64,000 nucleotides of DNA from Hemiscyllium ocellatum (lineage: Eukaryota). This document shows positions 24,453 to 39,200 of the stretch, piece by piece (position 1 is the first letter of the stretch; every line of letters begins with the position of its first letter). Made by a program: the position numbers and the translations under genes. The notes beneath the pieces are model-generated. The model was given only the letters and a program-made list of their open reading frames with translations, had not been told where the DNA came from and did no database searches. The stretch lies in contig NC_083426.1 of assembly GCF_020745735.1 (NCBI RefSeq), positions 39,370,001-39,434,000 of the forward strand, given 5' to 3'.

Positions 24453-25444
24453 AGTAACTTAACATTAATGTAAAAATATATACAGTTTCCTATTTGTCAG
24501 TTCACACCAATTAGTTTTCACCATTCAATAGTACAGTTGAGCTTTTGGCCTGGAAATATGCAATCATGACTGTGCAGGGTAAATAGGATGAGTTATCTTT
24601 TGATGGCTATCCATTCTAACTTTCCCGTGGCACCTAAACTGTACTTCTCAGCCATTGGTATATAAATTTCATTGAGGTCATCTACTTCTGAGATGAAGGT
24701 GAGGTGGCCTTCCTGATAATGACTGTAGACACAATCCTTCAGTCAGGCCCAACAAGTTTTGCCCAGCTAGCAATAAAACTAAAATTTGATAGAACATAAC
24801 TTAAGTATTGCTCAGTGATGTGGGCCTGCATGTTCAAAATGAGAAGTTCCAACTTGTAAGACTACCACTATATAAATAACTTTAACATTTAAACTGAATG
24901 AGAAAACTACTGACTGATACAGGCATCATCATTGAGATACTAGTTAATTGTCAGATACTTGTTCACTGAAATCCAAACAATGCTTGGCAAACTAGGCAGA
25001 TATTCTTATTCTTTCAATCTATGAACCAACAAATGGCTATCACATTTTTGTTGAGTCGAGATGTCTGCCGGTTATGCACATGTTCTGTCTGCAAAGAGCC
25101 TTATGTATTAGCGGAAGCAGTGCATTACATACAAAATGCACCAAAAGTCCTAAATTAGTTGTCAAAACAATTCCTTGCACAGTATTCCAACATAACTAGT
25201 ATTACACCTGCACTGAAATTCATATACCACACTGCCCATGTATGTAGTAGGCTTGACAGCAGCAGCAAATTAGTAGTGAACTACTTGTAAAACAGCTCAC
25301 CGCCATCTCTTGCTGAAACTTGAGTTTCCTTACCTTTCCAGGTTTAAAAAGAGACTGGCCACTTGTAATCATTCAACAAAAATATTTTCAGCAAGGTTTT
25401 ATTGTACTTTTTGTGGGCTTCAGCCAAGTTTCTCAAGTGACAAG

Positions 25445-25905
25445 ATGAGGTGTAAGTTTGCTCATTGGGCTGGTAGGTTTGTTCTCAGTCACCTTGCCAG
25501 TTAACATCAGTGAGCCTCCAAAGAAGCATTGGTGTTCTGCCCTGCTTGCTATTTGTCTGCTTGTGTGGTAGGTGATATCATTTCCAGTTCCGTTTGAGCT
25601 GTTGATAAATGGAGTCCAAATCTTCGTTTGGAAGTTAGACTGGGACATGCTAAACAAAAACATGCATAGGAATTCCTAGAAGCCTGGCATTCAAACTGGA
25701 ACTCAGATTTGGATTCCAATTTACCAACCTTTCAAAGAGAACCAGAAATAGTATCACCCACCACAACAAAGAGACAGAAAAATAGCAAGCAGAACAGTAC
25801 ACCAATGCTTCACTGAAGGATTATGATGTTATCTCACATGATGACAAAAACTTGAGATCTACTAACTCAGCAAGCAAAAAAACTTAGACTGATCCACAAC
25901 ACTTC
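25445..25905 (+). mobile_element. Old Penelope-like element with inverted pLTRs, between the two 3' ends
   Basis: gaagcattggtg / caccaatgcttc inverted pair; gactgggaca...gaattcctagaagcctggcattc matches the GIY-YIG C-terminus seen at 16.8 kb. Confidence 0.7.
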
Positions 25906-26432
25906 TCCAAAATCCAACAAGACTGAAATGAAATTCCTCTGGTTATCAGCTCACCCTGCCACACTATCAACTGTTCTTCCACCAGCAGCTGATGCCTGCA
26001 AAAGAGTTCCCATCCCTATGATAAAGTGCCTGGATAGTACTGTTAAAAAGGTGAGATGTAGGGTTTAAAAGCAGAGTCTGAGTTTAGGGTTCCATAGCTG
26101 ACAGTCCAAAGACAGTACTAATGGTAGTTTAAGGAAATATACTGAGTTCTGATCAGATTTTGATGTTACACAGGTGGAAACAAGCAGACTTGGATGATAG
26201 AACATTTTCAAACTTCAAAACTAATTTCTGTGCTAAATACCATAAGTTGTAAAACATTCTGGCTCAGTGCAGACAGTTGGTAATATTTGAAACTGTCATC
26301 AATAGTTATCCACAAATTTCACTATTTAGCATTGTCTATTCAAATCCCACATGCTTACTGACTTGACAAAGTACACATCTTGCAGATTTGAAAAAGAAAA
26401 TGCAAGACCTTAACAACAATTTACAAAACATT

Positions 26433-26438
26433 TTTATT
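26433..26438 (-). terminator. Candidate makorin polyadenylation signal AATAAA
   Basis: tttatt on the + strand about 620 nt past the stop; alternatives ATTAAA at 26866-26871 and AATAAA at 25398-25403. Confidence 0.4.
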
Positions 26439-27058
26439 TGGACATAGGACAGACATTTTAAAAACATCCCACTGATTAAGTAATTGATCAAGTTACATAG
26501 TGTCAAACAATCACTGATCCCCATGTTAAATATGCATTCACCCTAATTAGTGGGAAGGAAGCAAAACATTCTATTTCAGCTCTACTGAACCTACATTATT
26601 CAACTTTAATAACTCAGCATCACTTCAGTACAGTTTACTTGTAATCAAATATCAGTAACATTCCATAAAAGCCAATTCAAGTGAACAAGTGAATGTTAAA
26701 TCAGTGATAATGGAAATCAGCACAATTTCTGAAATCCAACATCAAAACTGCCACAATGAATTGTTCAAATCATTTTAGGTGTACTGCATGTGTCATGCAT
26801 TTTCTTTGCAAAATGCACATCTTTATCTAAAAAGGCTTACAGGTACAGGCAAGTAAAGTAGCTTATTTAATAAAGTAAGTGATGAGTGCAAGATAAATTC
26901 AGAACTTGCATTGTAGAACAGCATAAACAAACTTTAGTTGCAAATGCCTAATTAAATGGTTTAAGCCTACTATCTGCAACAGCACTGCCAAAATATAGGA
27001 TAAACAATTACTATCAATATTCCACCTGCTGTTTGCATGAACACTACTCCAATACAGA

Positions 27059-27256
27059 CTAAATGGCAAAATCATCGTCGTCATCAGAATCAGAATCATC
27101 CTGAAGAAAATCAGATAGATCTGAATCAAAGAGTTCATACTGAAAGTGTGCCAAATCCTCTAAAAATGAATCGAGGGAAAGTACACCAAGGAGGTGAAGG
27201 GCATGGTCATAGTCATCATCGTCGCAATCATCTTCCCACATAATTCCTAATGGAGA
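27059..27256 (-). CDS. MKRN4: Makorin last exon, acidic tail (SPLGIMWEDDCDDDD...DDDDDFAI*)
   Basis: ttccacag|, phase 0, TAG at 27061-27059; an acidic C-terminus is typical of makorins. Confidence 0.9.
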   Translation of the reverse strand, partial: SPLGIMWEDDCDDDDYDHALHLLGVLSLDSFLEDLAHFQYELFDSDLSDFLQDDSDSDDDDDFAI

Positions 27257-30200
27257 CTGTGGAATACATAACAAGACATTAAAATCAAGAATTTAAAACT
27301 TCACTGGCATAGGTAACAAGTCAAAGAAGATAAGCAAACAACCCAGCAATCCTGACAATTTTCTTGTGCAGAAAATAGAATTACAATTCCTACAGTGTGG
27401 AAACAGGCCCTTTGGCACAAGTCCACACCGATCCTCTGAAGAGTACCCATTACCCTACAAATCCCAAAACACTAAGGGCAACTTAGCTTGACCAATTCAC
27501 CTAACCTGAACATCCTTGGACTGTGGGAGGAAACCTGAACACTGGAAGAAATCAATGCAGACACGGGGAGAACGCGCATACTCCTCACACAGCCACCAGA
27601 GGCTGGAATTGAACTTTGACCCCTGGCGCTGAGAGGCACAGTGCTCATCACTGAGCCACCATGTCACCCCCAAATAGAGTTTATCAAATTGTTTGAGACC
27701 TCCCAAAATAGAATCACTTCAAAACAGCAGAATCTTGTATATGCCATGTCAGAGGCTATACAATTAGAAGGTTCAGATCTGGCCCAGGTCCCAATTTGAT
27801 TATTTTTGGCCAGATTAAGCTAAATTTGGTACTTCCTCCCACTAAAGAAATGTGATGGTCACCAGGAAAATGGCTTTTATTTGTCCATCATCCAGTGCTA
27901 ACTTCAAAATTTGCATGGTGCAATAAATAGCCTGTACAGTACCTTTGAGTTACTATTTAGTTTTGAGAACACTACCTGGGCAAGAACCATTCCACCACTC
28001 GGGTGAAAAGTCTGCCAGTCAAGGTGAAGAATATTGGCATATTACAAATACCATAAATGCAGCAAGTTAGCTAGTTTATACTGCACAAAATAGTAATCGT
28101 GACTGAATGCTACATCCAATGCCAAGACCAATTGAATTTGTCCAGATACTTAGCAATACCCTACATCACAAATGGGATTATCAGAAAAATTATTAAAAGT
28201 CCGAGTAAATACATTCCTCTTGATCCTCTTTTGCTTCCTTGTGTAAAGATCACGACTTAAAAAAGGATAAAAATTTACATCATAGGAAACCACCATTCAG
28301 GCAAGTGTTTGTCTGCTTTGGAAGTATTGGCCTTTTTGTCACCACACTGCAGGTTCCAGGATATACATCCAATTCAAACTGAGTAACTACTGAAGCTACT
28401 TGAACATGTGGAAGCACTATATTCTAGAGGAAGCTGCTCAACCTTGCCACTAACATCCAACTGATAAGATTGAAATAAGTGAGAACAGTCCCATCCAATA
28501 ATATTTCATCTTAGTTTTCAAATAATTCCATGGCCTTATCCCTCCCCCCACTTTTACCTTATACATCTGGTTTAAAAATCACTCCATCACTGATAGCTGC
28601 AACTTCAATTGCCTAGGCCTAGAGTACCTTAATCTCATCACCTCTCTTATTTGGACCAAGCATTTGGTCATCTGACTCCATCTCTTAGTATACATAGCAT
28701 GAAACGGATTTATAACATTTCTAAGAAGTTTCTTTGGGAATTTTAAATAGTCCCTTAATATCCTATTATTTAGCATTCCTTGGTTATAGGCAAACTTCCT
28801 TCTTCAGGAGGTTCTATTTCCATTAAAGTTACTTAATTTACAAGTTCCAAATTATCTTCTCAGTTCCTATCCTAAACTCTCCACAACTTCATCCATGGTA
28901 TAATACTAGTGTAACATCTCTGCATTTTGTCAAAGGATTTCTTATTTTTTGGGCAGGAAGATGATGCTTCAAAACAGGATAAATATTTCAACTGAGGCAC
29001 ATCCAACATGGCAATGGTTTTACTTCAAATTGATTACTTTTGGATTCTTTGCACTGTACAGTATCTGTTTAGAAAGAGGCAAGCATATTTTAACACTTGG
29101 ATTTGTAATTGGGTATAATAAAATGCTTTCAGTCATTGCAGGCCAATGCAGAAAGTGAGTGGAATTAAAAGGCTTTTTTTTAAATAAAAAAAGTATTCTA
29201 CTAAACCTGTGTGTTCTTCTTTCTTTCGTGTTCACGTGTCTGAGAAAATGTTTGTCAAACAATGTAGCATTTATTAATTTCCAAATCTATTGTATAGAAG
29301 AAATGGAAATATTGTTTTTCTGACCAGTTCTGATGCTGAGCTACAGACAGTAGATGGGAAGCCCAAATTTAATCCCTCTAGTCTTTTTACTTTTGACAGC
29401 AGTAGGCCAATTTTCCACAAAACTAAGTTAATCATGAACATTATCAAATCTGCATTATAAACGGAATAGACGTTTCTAAAAAAAGGGCAATTACAGTTTA
29501 TGAATAAAATTTAAGCCAGTGTTAAGTTACTGCAGATAAAAATTCAAATTATGGGTTTGTCCAGTTAGTTAACAGGCTTTAGTTATACATGAACAAATAA
29601 TAGCATTTTGCACCAAGGCTAAAACTGCTAACCAAACATAATAAAGTTCTGAAATTAAGTCTCAATCCTTTGGAGGTGTTACTTTACTTTTCAAGATGAC
29701 AATGACATTTGATGTCACTATTACACATACAAAAAGGCCAAAGACAAATTAATGCAGGTTTACCCTATCTAGTTTAGTTTGCATGGAAACCAAGGTGGTG
29801 GTGATTAGAGAATGTAATCATGCTCAGTCACGAAACACAAAGTAGAACAGATCACTGCTTATGCCACAATAAATGCCACATCCTTACACTATCCCTTCGT
29901 CTCCTTTGTCGATGCTGGGCAGGTCGATATCCCTCAGGAAACTCATGCAAGTAAATGCATTCAGATTTAAAAGGACATTTGCCATTATTTCGTAGAAAAA
30001 ACTTGCAGTGTATTTTCCTGTGAAAAAGACAGGGGAAAAAAAAAGGTAAATCAACTGTTCTCAACTCCAACGGCCATCTCTAGAATTTATCATAAATGCC
30101 AGATACAATTCCAAATATCATGTGCCACCCAGATTGCATATTTCATTAAGCTATATGAACACAGTCTCTACATGTCAGTTTAGGTTGCCCTAGTTGCTTC

Positions 30201-33200
30201 ATCTTGACTTCAAAATCAATTTGTCAATTGAGGTTTGAACCTGGAACTTTCTGGATTTTGAGGCTAACACTTGTTTCAAACAGCCAAGATGGTACGCTTA
30301 CACAGAGAAAAACAGGAAGAGAAGGAAAGAAAATGTGGGCCATGCTACTGAAAAACTTAACTCCAATCTGAAAGTTGAAATTACTCACTTGCACGTAGAA
30401 ACCTTGAGATTACACATACTAGGCCTCAGATTCAAAAACCTTTTATAACTAAAGCACCTATCCTAAACACCCTTTTACTAAAAAAAAGGATTCATGTCCT
30501 CCGATGGGCCAAGTAAAACAAAACGTGAATAAAAAAAACAATAAAATTTGTAATTAGTATTGACTGTGAAATCTTCATTGAGCAGGTCTGGGATCACGTT
30601 CCACCTCAGGACGCAATGGCCACAGAAATGTGTTAATAGACAAAATACTAAACTTCAAGTAGTATTAGGCTGACAACATTAGTTACAAAAAGAGTCTTGA
30701 GAAAATCAGGTGATGAGGTTCTTTGGAGTCACTGGGTAATGAGAGAGCGAACTGCCATACAAGAGTAGTAGTGTGTTCATCAAAAAAAAATTGAAATTGC
30801 TTAAAAAGCTCAGAAGGTCTGGCAGCATCCATGGACAGAAGCAGTGTTAATGTTTCAGGTCCAGTGACTCTTCCGATCTGTATATTCATCCTGTTTACCA
30901 GGCTTCTACTCAACCGTGCCCTTCCCAAAATAAGGACAGAACTCCCTTTATCCTCATCCTCATCTTCATCAATACTCAGTAGCTTTACATCACAATCTCT
31001 GCCCACATCTTGTGGTTCCTTCCTCTGCGCTAGGGGGCAGCAGTTCTTAATGACTCCGACATTCTTACCACTTCTTTCAGTGCTTTTGTTATCACTGTTT
31101 GACACTACACCAATTTACCACGTAAACCTATTGTTTTCCACCCCAGATTGTTGTTCCTATCCTCCCTTTTCAGTTATACTGTTATATCTAACAGTTACCT
31201 GTTCTGATCAAGAGGTTAATTCAATTGGCACTCTCCAGTGAGAGAGAATCTTCCCAACTGGAGTATGTCCAACATTTTCTACACTTAAAAAGTTGTTACA
31301 GATTTTCCATGACATACTGCTAGTGTAGGTTATATATGTAAACAAAGTGCAGTCACCTGACAAGACCTTATGAGAATAAAGTCAGAACAATTTTGAATTA
31401 TAATCATTGTATTTTAAGCATTAATTGTGAACTTGAATAAAGTGGAATTAGTGCAAAAAGATTACAGCTTTAAAATAAAAAAAATGGAAAATTATGAAAT
31501 CCATAGCATACTGAATTAGAAAATAGGTTTAGAAAGAAAGTTTGGAGTTTCTATAGTACCTTCAGGCATACATACCGCTTTTCAACTTTGAATTTTTCAA
31601 TAAGTTTTTGTTTTTGTTCATCAATCACCCAGTACTTGTATGGTATGAAGTAACTGGCCACTACTCTACATTCAGGACATGCTCTGTAAATAAAAGATAT
31701 TGGAAATTTAAAATTTTCCTCACTGCAAAGATTACTTTAACTAGACCCTCTGCAATAGTCCACCAAACAGCAGATCTTCATTAATGGTAACACAACTCAT
31801 CACATTGGAAGATTTGCTTTTCTTGTCTTTTACAAGTAAAAACATTCCAGAGATACTCACTGTAATAGATTTCATTAAATGAAAATGCTTTACTTCCCTT
31901 GTGCTACAGAAGTACTTCCAGTAATTAACAGTAGCCTTTAGAACAGTTTTTGAAATTGCTCCTGAAAAGTTATCCATTGTCAGATTATATTTTCAAGACA
32001 GTTAAAATTCATGGGAAAAAAAAGAAAACAGTTGAATCTGATAAATTGTGAGGAGACAGTAAAAATAATTTGCTAGGATATAACAACTGATGGCCTGCAC
32101 AGCTCTATGTTGAGGTCTCAACTATCCACACAAAAGTAGTGGCATAGAACAAGGAGTTCCATATATAAAGCATTGGCTATGAATCACTGAAAGTAGAGTC
32201 CACGGTTGGAAGACTGTTGGCCTTGGAAGGCATGCAAAGGTGATTTACTTGAGCTCCAGTAGTTAAGTTACAAAGGAGATCAAAGTTGAGTGACATCCCA
32301 TTTAATTGAAAATATAAAACATTGAAGGGATACTTTGATTAAAGTTTAGGATGTTAGGTGGAAACCGATAGGACGGCTAGAAATAAAACCATTTCTGCTG
32401 ACTGGAGGAGTGCCTAACACCAGAGAAACAATCTGAAAATTAGAGCCAGATTTCAAAGAATCCCTACTGTGGAAACAGGCCATTTGGCCCAACAGGTCCA
32501 CACTGACACTCCAAAAGAGTAACACAACCAGACCCAATCCCCTACCCTCTCACTCTACATTTACCCCCTGACAAATGCACCTAACCTACACATCCCTGTA
32601 CACTATGGGCAATTTAGCATAACCTACACATCTTTGGACAGGGGAAGGAAATCGGAGCACCTAAGAGTAAACCCATGCAGACATAGGGAGAACGTGTAAA
32701 CTCCACACAGACAGTCAGAGGCTGGATTCAAACCCGGTCCCTGGTGGTGAGGCAACAGTGCTAACCACTGAGGTCCCATGCCGGGTTGTTTGTTAGACAG
32801 ACAGACAGAGACATGAAATCAGGAAGCATCCTGATCATATCTAGACAACAGGTGATACAAATTTGAAATTCCCTTAGACAAACAGTAATTGATACTATCA
32901 ACTGTTACATTTTCAAATAGATATAGGTAAATATCACAAAACTGAACATACAAAATTGATTTTTGTTTAAAAATCCAGCCGCAGTTTCACTAAGTAAACC
33001 CCTTGATGTTTATGTTTATTGAAACTAGCTTGACAAATGCAACTCCACTTATTTCTGCTGCAGATTAGAGACCAATTCAGTCAATTTGCATGAGTCGCTG
33101 ACTTAGGTATTTGATGAGGATTCCATCTGATGCTGCTACTGGACAAGTCAGATAGGATCCCGGATTGAAATCTGGTTTGGTATGATTATTTTTCCTCCCG

Positions 33201-36200
33201 GTTTTACTTGTTATATATTTCACAGGAACAGGCATGCAAGAGGTCAGAAATCTGCAGCACAGCAACAGGCCCTTAGTTACAACTTGTCCATGCTGACCAG
33301 GCTACTCATGCCTTTTAAAATGTTCAAGTGTACCAGCCTCCATCACTTCCTCTGGCAACTCATTCCATACATCACTGTCTGCGTGAAAAAGTTGATAGTT
33401 AGATCCCTTTTAAATCTTTCCACTCGCCCTAAACTACGCCCTCTAGTTCTCTCTCTCCCCCCCCACCCCCCCCCCACCCCAGAGAAAAGACCATTTACTC
33501 TATCCATGTTCTCAAATTTTATAATTAAGTGACCCCTCAGCTTCGAACGCTCCAAGGAAAACAACCCCAGCCTCTCCCTACAACTCAAACCCTCCAATCC
33601 TGGCAACAGCCTTGTAAATCTTCTCTGAACCTTTTCAAATTTTCATACCATCCTTCTTATAGGAGGGAGACCAGAATTGCATACAAAATTCCAAAAGTAG
33701 CCTAACCAATGTTCTGTACAGCCACAACATGACCTTCTAACTCCTATACTCAATGCTCTGACCAATAAGGGAAAGCATACTGAATGCCTTCATTATACTA
33801 TCTACCTTGACGCCACTTTCAAGGAACCATGAACTGCACACTGAGGTTTCTTTGTTCAGCAACACTCCAGGACCTTACCATTAAAGGTGTCTAAGTACTG
33901 CCCTGATTTACCAAAATGCAACACCTCCCATTTATCTAAATTAAACTCCATCTGCCACTAATCAGCCCATTCACCCATTGGATCAAGATCCTGTTTTACT
34001 CTGGCAGTAACCTTCTTTGCTATCCACTACACCTTCAATTTTGGAGTCATCTGAAAACTTAGATTAGATTAGATTAGATTAGACTTACAGTGTGGAAACA
34101 GGCCCTTCGGCCCAACAAGTCCACACCGACCCGCCGAAGCGCAACCCACCCATACCCCTACATTTACCCCATACCTAACACTACGGGCAATTTAGCATGG
34201 CCAATTCACCTGACCCGCACATCTTTGGACTGTGGGAGGATTTAGATGTGAATAGAAGACAAAAAGCAGTGGATCCAGCACCGATTCTTGTGGCACACCA
34301 CTGGTCACAGGCCTGCAGTCTGAAAAGCAACCCTCCACCAACACCCATCTTCAACCTTCAATCCAGTTCTGCATGCAAATGGCTAGTTTTCCTTGTATGC
34401 CATGAGATCTAACCTCGTCGAGCACCTTACTGAAGTCCATATAGATCACATCCATTGCTCTGCCATCAATCCTCATCGTTACTTCCTTTGAAAAAAACCC
34501 AAATCAAGTTTATGAGACATGTTTTCCCACGCACAAAGCCAAGATGTCTATCCCTAATCAATGCCTACCTATCCAAATACATGTTAATCCCTTCAACAAT
34601 TTCCCCACCAATGTCAGGTTCACCAGTCTATAGTTCTCTAGCTTTTCTTGACTACCTTTCTTAAATAGTGACACCATGTTAGCCAACCTCCAGTCTTCCA
34701 GTACCTCACTTTTGACTATCGACGTTGCAAATATCTCAATAAGGGGTCTAGCAATCACTTCCCAAAGAATTCTAGAGTACATATGATCAGGTCCTGGGGA
34801 TTTATCCACTTTTGTATTTTAATACATCCAATGCTTCCTTCGCTGTAAGATGGAGATTTTAAGATGTCACCATCTATTTCCCACATTCTATATCTTCCAC
34901 GTCCTTCGCAGTAACATTGATGCAAAATACTCATTTAACATCTCCATCTCTTGCGATTCCACACACAGGCTGCCTTGATGATCTGAGGGTCGCTATTCTC
35001 TCCCTGATTACCCCTATGTAGTTTATATATTTATAAAACCCCTTTGGATTTTCCATAACCCTATTTGCCAAAACTATGTACTTTTTCCCCCTCCTGATTT
35101 CATAAAGTATACCCCTACTGCCTTTCAAGTCTAAGGATTCACTCAATCTCTGCTGTTTATACCAGACATATGCATTTTTTTTTAAAATGCCAAATCCTCA
35201 ATTTCTCTGGTCATGCAGCATTCCCTACATCTACCAGCCTTGCCTTTCACCCTAACAGGAACACAGTGTCTCTGGACTCTCATTTTTGAGGGCTTCCCGT
35301 TTTCTAGCCGATTCTTTACCTGCAAACATTCGACCCCAATTAACTTTTGAAAGTTTTGCTTAATGCCTTCAAAATTTTAGATCTGGTCTATCCTCTTCCA
35401 TCACCTTTTACTAGAATTATGGTCGCTGGCCACAAAGTGCTCCCCCACTGACACCTGTCACTTGCTCTGCCTGGTTTCTCAAGAGATGGTCAAATTTTGC
35501 ATCTTCTCTAGTAGGTACATTCACATACTGAATCTGAAAACGTTCCTGCACACACTTAAATTCCTCTCCATCTAAACCCTTAACACTATGGCAGTCCCAG
35601 TCTATGTTTGGAAAGTTAAAATCCCCTACCGTAATCATCCTATTATTTTAGGAGATAAAGTTCTCCTTGCAAATGGGTTTCTCCATTTCCTGTTCACTAT
35701 TAGGAGTCTATAGTACAATCCCAATAAGGTGGTGATCATCATTTTCTTATTTGTCAGTTCTATCCAAATAACTTCCCTAGACACATTCCCAGGAATATCC
35801 TCTCAAAGTACAGCCATAAATTTGTTAAAACACCACTCCTCCTCCTCCTCTCTTGCCTCTCCCTACCCCCAAATGCAGATTTGGTTATACCAATAATAAA
35901 AAAAAGTCACTGAACAAAGCACAAGCTACATAACAGTCTGAAAGACTTCAAAACAGCAATAGAAAATCCCAACTACTCCCTAGTTAGTCAAAATCCAGAG
36001 AAAGTTTCCTTAATCAATTCTGCACATTTGATGTAACTGCTTCCTTCAAAGGCAGTTTCTGCATGCTTAAGGCCTTTTTCTCTTAACCAGTCAAGCAGAC
36101 CATTATTACTCAGTCCTTTACTAACCTGTCGTCAAGGTTTAAATCAAACATTCCCCATCTGAAAGTTTTACACACTACACCTTTTCACCGTGTTAACATC

Positions 36201-39200
36201 ATTCCTTAAATACTCTAAACAACCCATTTTTCTAAGGGACTATTCTTACTTCAGTCAGGTTTTTTTTGAACTAATAATTTTTTTTTAAAAACTTGCTCAT
36301 GCTGTATTCTGCTAATCAAATAACTTGAAATGTTTTCTCCCTGTTAATAAAGTTGAGTTTGCAAACTTCATCACTCCAGCAGGCATACGATTAAATTATC
36401 ACTCTTTTAAAAAAAAAAGTTACCTACACCAGACTTTCCAAACACTTCACTAACGCAAACTAACTCCCATGTTTAGAGCCAAATGCAAATATAAAGTCCT
36501 TTAAACTGTTAACAGTCAATAAAACTGCAATAGAGATATTGTTTAATTTGACATTCACTTACTTTATTACATTATTGGTGAACCCCTTGCTCCCTCGCCA
36601 TTTCTTGATACAGCTCACACAGAAAGCATGGTTGCAATCAGGAAGAATAGCAAAGCAACGGTCTCTGGCTGGTGCTTTTTCATAGACTTTTTCCATGCAA
36701 ATTCCACAAATTATATCTTTACTGTCTTCAAAGGCTGAATCTTTAGTCAACTTTCTCTAGAATGCAAAAAGACATTTTGTAAAATCAGTGTTGGCTCACA
36801 TCTGAATTTGGATTCATTTTCCCAGCCCTATGCACCATGGTTCTGGTACTAGAAGTTATCAATAGCACCTACTCCATAGTCATCTCATAAACTAAACTAG
36901 TTTGCACAAGTATTTCAGCACTTTCTTATTCAGGCAGAAGTCTGGAGGTGCAACATTATAAGGTTTAATTTCTGTTGCAACCAATGAGATCACCAGTCTC
37001 CTTGTCCTTCACTATTAGTTCAATCTCTGCATAAGCAAGGTTTAGTACTGCTTAGATAGCTTAGGATACTAACAAAAGAATAAACGTTATTGAACTTCCA
37101 ACAATGCACCATTCTTATTAAGATAAAAGGAATTATAATTGCATTGTACTGTAATGCTACAGAATGTTCCTTTGTTGAAGTGGGATGTTCAAAATAGCAA
37201 ATATAACAAATCAGAATAATTCCAGACAACAAATGTTTAGTCAGTTACAAATATTTAGTTCTCAGGGCAGTATTAAAAAAAAGGAAAAACATCTAAACAT
37301 AGATTTCAATGACTACATTCGCCTAAAGAGGTGAATGTATTTATAAAAAAGCTGAAACTGCATACCTGTGGAACAGATTGTGAAGTTGAAGAATCTGGTT
37401 TCAGGGCAGTTTGAGATACACTCTTTACAGAAGCAGGCATACAATGGAGATGACCTGCCTGTGATGTTGATGCACAACCTATAATATGCAAACAAATCAA
37501 CATGTTTATGTTTTTGCATACATACACATGTAGACAGGCAAAAACAAGAGGGAACAAAATATTTGTCAGCTTTGAAACTAAACAGTTATCCACAGAGAAA
37601 CACGAGAAAGAAGTTAACACTTGCACTGACAAGTTAATTCTCTGTTAAAAAGCCAGGATACAATAGATCTGGTATTTTCCTAAGAATGAAATTCTCCAGG
37701 TAGTGGCAGCATAGCACTAATGTCACTGGACCAGCAATCCAGAACTTCAGGCTATTGTTCTGGTGCCATGAGTTCAAATTCGACCATGGCCGGTGATGAA
37801 GCCAATTTACAAAAGACACTAGCCTAATATCATTCATGTTACCATTGTCGATTGTTGCACAAATCCCTCAGGACCACCTATGTCCTTAGTGGAAGAAAGT
37901 CCGTCATGCCTACTTGCTCTGACCAGAATGTGACTCAAAGTACAGCAATGTCATTTATCTTCAAGTGCTCTCTGGGCAAATAGGGATGGGTAATAAATGC
38001 CAGCCTAGCAGTAGCTCAGGCAAGTAGTTGGGCTGATTTTAAGCTCCACAAACCATAACATTGAATAATATCAAGACTTCGAGAAAATATACACATTTTC
38101 TTTTGACCATTGATCACTTCCAAAAGAACAATGGAGGATAGGGAGAGAGATAGAACAGGTTGATGTTAGGAAAAAAAAGGACATGCTGAAAATTTCGAAA
38201 AACAAAAGGATATAGATAAATCCCCTGGGCCCGACAGGATATACCCTGGGTTACTAGAGGAAGCCTTTAGCGATGATCTTTGCATCCTCACTGTCCACTG
38301 GAGTAGTGCCAGATGATTGGAGGGTGGCAAATGTTATTCCCTTGTTTAAGAAAGGGAATAAGGATAATCCTCTGAAGTACAGAGCAGTCAGTCTTACGTC
38401 AGTAGTGGGCAAAGTACTGGAGAGGATTCTGAGAGATAGGATTTATGAGGATTTGGAAAAGCATAGCTTGACTAGATATAGCTGGCATGGCTTTGCAAGA
38501 GGCAGGTCATGCATCACAAACCTTATTAAATTCTTTGAGGATGTGACAAAACACATTGAAGGTACAGCAGTGGATGTGGTGTTTATGGATTTTAACAAAA
38601 TGTTTGATAAAATGTTCCCCATGGTAGGCTCATTCAGAAAGTAGAGGCATGGGATACAGGGAAATCTGGCTGTCTGGACACAGAACTGGATGGCCTGTAG
38701 AAGACAGAGGGTGGTGATAAACAAAGTATTCAGCCTAGAGCTTGGTGACCAGTGGTGTTCCAGAGATAGATTCTGAGACTTTTGCTCTGCTCTTTGCGAT
38801 TTTTATAACTGACTTAGATGAGGAAGTGGAAGGGTGGGTTAGTTTGCCGATGACATGAAAGTTGGTGGAGGATGTGGATAGTGTGGAGGGCTGTTGTAGG
38901 TTGCAACAGGACATTGACAGGATACAGTACTGGACTGATAAGTGGCAGATGGAAAAAGTGTGAAGTCGTTCACTTTGGAAGGTTAATTTTAATGCAGAAT
39001 ACAGGGTTAAAAAGATTTGTGAAGGTTTGTAGCTCAGGTTGAGATTTAGGGTGAAGGTTTGCTCACTGAGCTGTAGGTTTGATATCCAGACATTTCATTA
39101 CCTGGCTAGGTAACATCAGTGGCGACCTCCAAGTGAAGCGAAGCTGTTGTCTCCTGCTTTCTATTTATAGGTTTGTCCTGGATGGGGTTCCTGGGGTTTG

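Noticed and set aside
30683-31241. Overlapping 140-aa and 136-aa ORFs
   Set aside because: Lie in a degraded Penelope-like remnant within makorin intron 6; no splice or homology support.
34059-34083. (TTAGA)n tandem repeat, telomere- or CRISPR-like at first glance
   Set aside because: It is the 3' microsatellite tail of the HE1-like SINE; no spacers, and the context is eukaryotic.
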